From NCBI GenBank assembly GCA_043819795.1, contig JBDREN010000124.1, forward strand, positions 1 to 23,769: DNA of 23,769 bases, written 5' to 3'. Each line of letters opens with the position of its first letter. Within the stretch, counting starts at the first letter, position 1. The position numbers and the translations under genes were made by a program. The notes below the pieces were generated by a model. The model was not told the DNA's origin. It saw only the letters and a program-made list of their open reading frames with translations, and did not search any database. This document shows, piece after piece, positions 19,034 to 23,769 of this stretch. Source of the stretch: Elusimicrobiota bacterium. GTDB lineage: Bacteria > Elusimicrobiota > Elusimicrobia > UBA1565.

Positions 19034-20416
19034 ATGAAGATCCTGCTCGTTCTGCCCGCGATGGCGAGGTACCGCGTCGTTCCCGGCGGAGAGGTGCCGG
19101 AGCGCAAGATGCTCAGGTTCAGCGTGCTCGGCCTGACGACGGTGGCGGCGCTCACTCCTCCGGAGCACGAGGTGCGGATATGCGACGAGAACGTGGAGCC
19201 GCTGGATTTCGAAAGCGACGCGGACGTGGTGGGCGTCACCTTCATGGCCGGCCTCGCCCCGCGCGCCTACGAGATCGCGCGGGAGTTCCAACGGCGGGGG
19301 ACGCTCACGGTGGCGGGCGGCTATCATCCGACGCTCCTGCCGGAGGAGGCGTCCAGGCATTTCGACATCGTGGTCGTGGGGGAGGCCGAGGGCGTATGGC
19401 CGCGCGTGGTCCGCGACATCGAGCGAGGCGGTTTCCGCCGCGTCTACCGGAGCGATAATCCGCCGGACCTCGCGACGGTCCCCGTCCCGCGCCGGGACCT
19501 GCTGGAGCGCAACGGGCGCCACTACGTGACCACCAACGCGGTCCAGACGGGCAGGGGCTGTCGCCACGGGTGCAGGTTCTGCTCGATCTCGGCCTTCTTC
19601 AAGGGGACGCACCGCACGCGGCCCCTGGACAAGGTCCTGGCCGAGCTGGCGGGCGTCCCGCGGGGCTTCATGTTCGTGGACGACAACATCATCGGCGATC
19701 CGGACTACGCCAAGGCGCTCTTCCGCGCCATGATCCCCATGCGCAAGCGTTGGGTGAGCCAGTGCTCCCTGAAGATCGCCGACGACCCGGAGCTGCTGGC
19801 CTTGGCCCACGCGGCCGGCTGCCGCGGCCTGTTCATCGGCATCGAGTCGACGGCGGCGGAGAACCTGGCCGCGGTGCGCAAGGACATCAACGATCCCGGC
19901 GAGTACCGCGGGAAGATCCGCGTCATCCACGAGGCCGGGATCGCGGTGCAGGCGGGCATGATCGTCGGCCTGGACTCCGACGACGTCACCGTCTTCGAGC
20001 GCGACCTCCGGTTCCTCCAGGAGGCGAAGCTGGACGCGCTGCAGCTCGCGATCCTGACGCCGCTTCCCGGCACGAAGCTCCACGAGGACTTCGAAAAGGC
20101 CGGCCGGATCATCGACCGGGACTGGAGCCACTACGACTTCCGGCATCCGGTCATCCGCCCCAAGCGCATGACCCCTCAGCAGCTCCAGGAAGGCGCGGAC
20201 TGGCTCTACGACCAGTACTACCGCCTCGACCGCATCATCCTGCGCACGCTCCGCATGGCCTTCACGGTGGGCTTGACGTCGGCGTACCTCGGCTGGCGCC
20301 TGAACCTCACCTACCGCTACAACAACAAGCGGGAGGGGATCGTGGGCCGCAATCCCGCCGCCGGGAAGGCGGCTCCGGGCCCGATCGCCTTTCTCCAGGC
20401 CGAGGCCCTACAATAA
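19034..20416 (+). CDS. B12-binding domain radical SAM protein
   Basis: ATG 19034 with GGGAGG; N-terminal cobalamin-binding-type domain (DVVGVT, VAGGYHPT, VVGEAE); CxxxCxxC in GCRHGCRFC; FVDDNI; FIGIES; LTPLPGT. Confidence 0.92.
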   Translation: MKILLVLPAMARYRVVPGGEVPERKMLRFSVLGLTTVAALTPPEHEVRICDENVEPLDFESDADVVGVTFMAGLAPRAYEIAREFQRRGTLTVAGGYHPTLLPEEASRHFDIVVVGEAEGVWPRVVRDIERGGFRRVYRSDNPPDLATVPVPRRDLLERNGRHYVTTNAVQTGRGCRHGCRFCSISAFFKGTHRTRPLDKVLAELAGVPRGFMFVDDNIIGDPDYAKALFRAMIPMRKRWVSQCSLKIADDPELLALAHAAGCRGLFIGIESTAAENLAAVRKDINDPGEYRGKIRVIHEAGIAVQAGMIVGLDSDDVTVFERDLRFLQEAKLDALQLAILTPLPGTKLHEDFEKAGRIIDRDWSHYDFRHPVIRPKRMTPQQLQEGADWLYDQYYRLDRIILRTLRMAFTVGLTSAYLGWRLNLTYRYNNKREGIVGRNPAAGKAAPGPIAFLQAEALQ

Positions 20417-20487
20417 TTTATGATCCGTCCCCTGGCGTTCCGGGCTATAAACCGTTATCCTTCCCTGGTATGGGGGAGCACGATCCT

Positions 20488-21159
20488 ATGGAAGAGAAAG
20501 ACCGGAATACGGGCGAAGCCGAGACGCCGCCGGGCGGCGCCCCTGAACCTCCCGTGGATCACGAAGCCTCGGACTCGGGCCAAATCTCTGAAACGGCCGA
20601 GGACGCTTCGGCGCATACCATAGAGAAGGGCGCCCGGGTCGGGGTCCCGGGTGGAGCCCGGGCCATCCGGCCGAAAGGGCCTATAGAATTCCCGCTCACC
20701 CCCGAGGAGATCGAGAAGTACGAGGCTCTCCTGGGCAAGGAGGACGCGCTCAAGCCCCCGGAAAGAGGCCCCAACCATACGGCCCTCGTGGTGGAAGACG
20801 ACCCTTTCCTCCGTCAAATGATCCGGGATATGATCGAGCCTCTGGAGTTGGAGGTCCTGGAGTGCGGCGACGGAGCGGACGCCCTGAAGACGCTCGCCTC
20901 CCGCAGCGTGGACGTGATGGTCCTGGACATCAAGCTCCCCGGCATGGACGGCTACCAGGTCCTGAGGGGCGCCCGCCAGTTCCTGAAGCTCGAGAAGCTC
21001 CCCATCCTCGTCACCACCGCGATGGCGGACGCGAAGTGGGAGGTGGCGGCCCTGGAGTCCGGAGCCAGCGGGTTCCTTCATAAGCCGTTTCGCCGCGAGC
21101 AGATCCTGAGCCACTTCAAAGCGGTCCTGCGGAACATCGGCGTGCGTTTTCCCTACTGA
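20488..21159 (+). CDS. Single-domain response regulator with acidic/Pro-rich N-terminal extension
   Basis: ATG 20488 after GGGGGAG; LVVEDD, phosphoacceptor VLDIKLPGMDG, VTTA, FLHKPF; no output domain. Confidence 0.85.
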   Translation: MEEKDRNTGEAETPPGGAPEPPVDHEASDSGQISETAEDASAHTIEKGARVGVPGGARAIRPKGPIEFPLTPEEIEKYEALLGKEDALKPPERGPNHTALVVEDDPFLRQMIRDMIEPLELEVLECGDGADALKTLASRSVDVMVLDIKLPGMDGYQVLRGARQFLKLEKLPILVTTAMADAKWEVAALESGASGFLHKPFRREQILSHFKAVLRNIGVRFPY

Positions 21160-21302
21160 CGGGAACGCGGCGCGGAGAAATCCCGAGCAAGCCCCGCCTC
21201 GCTGCCCCCGTTTGACGTTTTTTGCTCACCGACGGAAACCACCACGTCCGACCTCCTGCCGTTTGCCACTCTTTGACGTCTTGGGGGAGCCGGAGTGACC
21301 CC

Positions 21303-21331
21303 AAAAAAGGGAGCCCGGAGGGGCTCCCTTT
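21303..21331 (-). terminator. Intrinsic terminator of the collagen-like gene (possibly bidirectional)
   Basis: AAAGGGAGCCC-GGAG-GGGCTCCCTTT with a T6 tract on the minus strand, just downstream of the stop codon. Confidence 0.85.
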
Positions 21332-21352
21332 GACGACAATCACCTTTCTAAG

Positions 21353-22582
21353 TCAATTACTACAGGATATTGATGTAATCTCGAGGTCGGTGAAGTACCC
21401 GCCGACCATATGGTGTTCAAGAGACTGATTATACCACCATCCATCCATCCAATCGCACCAGTGCCAGGTGGATTCATCCCAACCAGTGCAACCAAACAAT
21501 CGACCGTTGGGTGCAGATACCGACCGAGCACCGTAGGTAGCACCGGTACTTGAGGCGAATCCAAGCTGCTGACACCATATATTTAAGTTATTCCCGCCAT
21601 TCTTGGCAGGTATCCCACCTTCAACAGATCCGTATCGGACCTCTGGATTATTGCATGTCAAACCGTCAGGTGAAGCTGATTCGCAGGCGGTATACTGTTG
21701 CTTAGTACCTTCCTGGAAGCACCAGTTATCGACGCACAATAGAAAACCGGTGGCAGGAGCTGTGGGTGGGACGATTTCCGCATAGGACCCATCCTCACAT
21801 GAGATCGCCACCAGACCGGTTGCCGGATCAGAAATAACGGTACAACTGTCACCTTTGGCGCCCGGCGCTCCGTCGGCACCGTTCGTTCCGTCGGCACCGT
21901 TCGCTCCGTCGGCACCGTCCGCTCCGTTGGCCCCGTCCGCTCCGTCGGCACCGGCGTCTCCCGTGTCGCCTTTGGCGCCCTTGGGCCCCGTCGCTCCCGC
22001 TGCGCCTGTGTCACCCTTGGGTCCCGTTGCTCCTGCCGCGCCGGTGGCCCCCTTAGGTCCCGTTGCTCCTGTGTCACCCTTGGGTCCCGTCGCTCCCGCT
22101 GCGCCTGTGTCACCCTTGGGTCCCGTCGCTCCCGCTGCGCCTGTGTCACCCTTGGGTCCCGTTGCTCCCGCTGCGCCTGTGTCACCCTTGGGTCCCGTTG
22201 CTCCCGCTGCGCCTGTGTCACCCTTAGGTCCCGTCGCTCCCGTTGCGCCTGTGTCACCTTTCTGACCCTGTATGCCCTGGTCGCCCGTGTCGCCTTTGTC
22301 ACCCGTGTCGCCCTTCACGCCCTGTATGCCCTGCGGGCCGGTGTCGCCTTGCGGGCCTTGAATGCCCTGCGGACCCATTGGGCCGGCATCGCCTTGGGGG
22401 CCCGGCGTCAATTCGATGGTGTCGATCTGCTCTTGGAGCCCGTCGATCTGTCCCTGCATCTCGTTCAGAGGCGATTTGCCGCCGACGCCGGCCGGGGAGC
22501 CGCCCCTTTGGGCGTGGGCCGTCGCGGCCAATCCGAAAGTCATGAGTCCTGCCGCCACGATCATCAGGTGTCCTTTTTTCAT
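21353..22582 (-). CDS. Secreted collagen-like protein with Cys/Trp-rich C-terminal domain
   Basis: AAGGAGG SD; signal peptide ending TAHA; 62 uninterrupted Gly-X-Y triplets (aa 61-246); globular C-terminus. Confidence 0.9.
   Translation of the reverse strand: MKKGHLMIVAAGLMTFGLAATAHAQRGGSPAGVGGKSPLNEMQGQIDGLQEQIDTIELTPGPQGDAGPMGPQGIQGPQGDTGPQGIQGVKGDTGDKGDTGDQGIQGQKGDTGATGATGPKGDTGAAGATGPKGDTGAAGATGPKGDTGAAGATGPKGDTGAAGATGPKGDTGATGPKGATGAAGATGPKGDTGAAGATGPKGAKGDTGDAGADGADGANGADGADGANGADGTNGADGAPGAKGDSCTVISDPATGLVAISCEDGSYAEIVPPTAPATGFLLCVDNWCFQEGTKQQYTACESASPDGLTCNNPEVRYGSVEGGIPAKNGGNNLNIWCQQLGFASSTGATYGARSVSAPNGRLFGCTGWDESTWHWCDWMDGWWYNQSLEHHMVGGYFTDLEITSISCSN
22077..22256. repeat. Five near-identical 36-bp coding tandem repeats ([12 protein letters not shown])
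   Basis: cccttRggtcccgtYgctcccgYtgcgcctgtgtca x5; further full and degenerate copies at 21978-22076. Confidence 0.92.
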
Positions 22583-22894
22583 GATTACCTCCTTGGTCTC
22601 GGTACTTATGTAGGGAGGGGGCGAATCCCCTACTCAAGATGTATACACCCTATGCGCCGACAAATCAAGGACAACTCCCTGACATGGAACCAATAAAAAC
22701 GTTTGGAAAATAACATCTTTTTTTATAGTCAGCAAAATGCCGTCAGCGGACCCATCCGTCGAGGAGATTCGCGCGTTTAGAGGGGGGTCGCCGGGAGGAA
22801 AGCGGACAGAGCGGGAGCCATCCTTCCGAGCATCCCGCGCTCAGATGGAGAATCGATCGCGCCGTAGGGAAGGGAGTCCGCGTGACAGGAAAAC

Positions 22895-23203
22895 TCAAAG
22901 GCCGAGCATCTTATAGTACTCGGCTATCCGCATAACCGACTTGACCGTCATCCAGATAAGGACGGCCGACACGGCGACGATGACCGTCGTCCACACCGCT
23001 TTTTTCTCTTTACTCATCTCGGGGTGGAGCCACATCAAAGGCAGCATGAAGGGGCCGACCAGCAGAAAGGACACCACCAAAGAGCCCCTTCGGAAGTACC
23101 ATGACACCTTTTTAGTCCCGACAGGCTCCAGCATCTCTCCGCAGTAGCGGCACTTAACGGCAGCGTCCTGGATCTGCTCGGCGCAAAACGGGCAGGGTTT
23201 CAT
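22895..23203 (-). CDS. Small zinc-ribbon membrane protein
   Basis: MKPCPFCAEQIQDAAVKCRYCGE zinc ribbon plus two hydrophobic segments; start is ATG 23203 or ATG 23212. Confidence 0.8.
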   Translation of the reverse strand: MKPCPFCAEQIQDAAVKCRYCGEMLEPVGTKKVSWYFRRGSLVVSFLLVGPFMLPLMWLHPEMSKEKKAVWTTVIVAVSAVLIWMTVKSVMRIAEYYKMLGL

Positions 23204-23343
23204 CGGCTTCATTATAGCTCTCCGAACCCCATATCCTTGGAAGGGCCGGTCTCGGGCCGAGAGAGGCTGCCTTTCAAGCGCCCAGGCCTGAGAAGTCGCC
23301 GATGGGCGCACCGCGCGGTTCCACACCACGGGGTATATCGCAG

Positions 23344-23382
23344 GGGCAGGTGGCGGAACTGGCAGACGCTGCGGACTTAAAA
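23344..23382 (+). pseudogene. 5' half of tRNA-Leu(TAA), truncated after the anticodon loop
   Basis: GGGCAGG-TG-GCGGAACTGGCAGACGC-T-GCGGA-CTTAAAA; expected TCCGC, T-arm (GTTCRA) and CCTGCCC acceptor 3' strand are not found downstream in the window. Confidence 0.8.
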
Positions 23383-23403
23383 AATGCTGGAACCCGTCGG
23401 AAG

Positions 23404-23473
23404 TGCAATAAAATGCTGCAAAGAGTTGCAAGAAGGTGCAGGGAAGTGAAGTTCTGTTAGGAAAGTGTTAGGA
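23404..23473. repeat. att-like short repeats next to the tRNA fragment
   Basis: TGCA at 23417, 23427, 23437 and TGAA at 23447 (10-bp period); TGTTAGGA direct repeat at 23455-23462 and 23466-23473. Confidence 0.6.
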
Positions 23474-23632
23474 CAGATCGGGCCCTGATATCCCCTCCAG
23501 CCACGCTCGGCCGCAAGCTTCATCTCCGCTCCGCTTGAGTCGTCTTGAGGGGCGGTCGCGCCAGCAATGCGGAAGTATTCATCAAGTGGTTGGCCTCTGT
23601 GCTGGGATTCGGACGCTTGAGGTAGGTGGATT

Positions 23633-23769
23633 CCAGACCTACTGACATAGGCCCGGGATCTTTTGTCCGCTTTTCGGCGTTTCCGGCCTCATGAGGCCAC
23701 CCCGAACCGCAGCCGCAGTTCAGTCCCTGGGAAGCAGATCTCCATCCCGTTGAGCGCGCCGCACATGTC
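23633..23769 (-). mobile_element. Probable right end of an insertion sequence: transposase C-terminus (23689->23769) and candidate terminal sequence
   Basis: Minus-strand ORF tail DMCGALNGMEICFPGTELRLRFGVAS* resembles, from memory, the LN...FPGT.LRL.Y/F tail of an unclassified putative transposase family; candidate end TGTCAGTAGGTCTGG at 23647-23633; only 27 codons visible. Confidence 0.45.

Noticed and set aside
19570..20487. N-terminal extension of the response regulator ORF (529 aa in the track)
   Set aside because: It overlaps the radical SAM CDS out of frame; an SD-led ATG at 20488 gives a sensible start.
21230..21275. c-di-GMP-I riboswitch (minus-strand GGCAAAC)
   Set aside because: No GNRA-capped P2 or GCAAA second element, and it lies between convergent 3' ends.
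22610..22633. GTAGGG...CCCTAC hairpin as a REP copy
   Set aside because: Single short imperfect hairpin unrelated to the array at 1-182; may be a 5' UTR structure but is unsupported.
23204..23431. Upstream extension of the zinc-ribbon ORF (178 aa in the track)
   Set aside because: It runs antisense through the tRNA fragment; the domain begins at MKPCPFC.
23378..23769. Group I intron in tRNA-Leu(UAA), as in cyanobacteria
   Set aside because: GAAGGTGCAGGGA loosely recalls the R element, but I find no P, Q or S elements, no convincing P1 with a U-G pair, and no 3' exon within about 390 bp.

Overview
GC-rich bacterial genomic window with 17 supportable complete CDSs plus a partial CDS at the right edge. 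Left part: a 44-bp GTAG/GTGG-type REP-like tandem hairpin array, MscS, a lower-GC clan GH-A glycoside hydrolase, two divergent secreted proteins, a patatin, and a fused membrane/spermidine-synthase-like TPR protein. The central block (about 9.6-20.4 kb) is the most interesting. It encodes a short (343 aa), divergent sigma54 (RpoN)-like factor translationally coupled to a membrane histidine kinase, and a REC-AAA+ sigma54 activator that keeps GAFTGA but has no DNA-binding HTH. The sigma-kinase pair is flanked by two near-identical non-canonical -24/-12 motifs (TTGGCAYAAAAATTGATCC-N7-GCGARGGC, GA instead of GC at -12). These sit upstream of a B12 radical SAM gene and of a DUF2339-like/M48 peptidase/Lnt-like operon. 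I infer a self-contained, enhancer-independent alternative sigma54 regulon for the cell envelope; this is untested. Right part: a single-domain response regulator, a secreted collagen-like protein with a low-GC Cys-rich C-terminus, a zinc-ribbon membrane protein, a tRNA-Leu(TAA) 5' half cut at the anticodon loop with att-like repeats, and a probable transposase end. All family calls come from motif recognition by eye; no database search was run.
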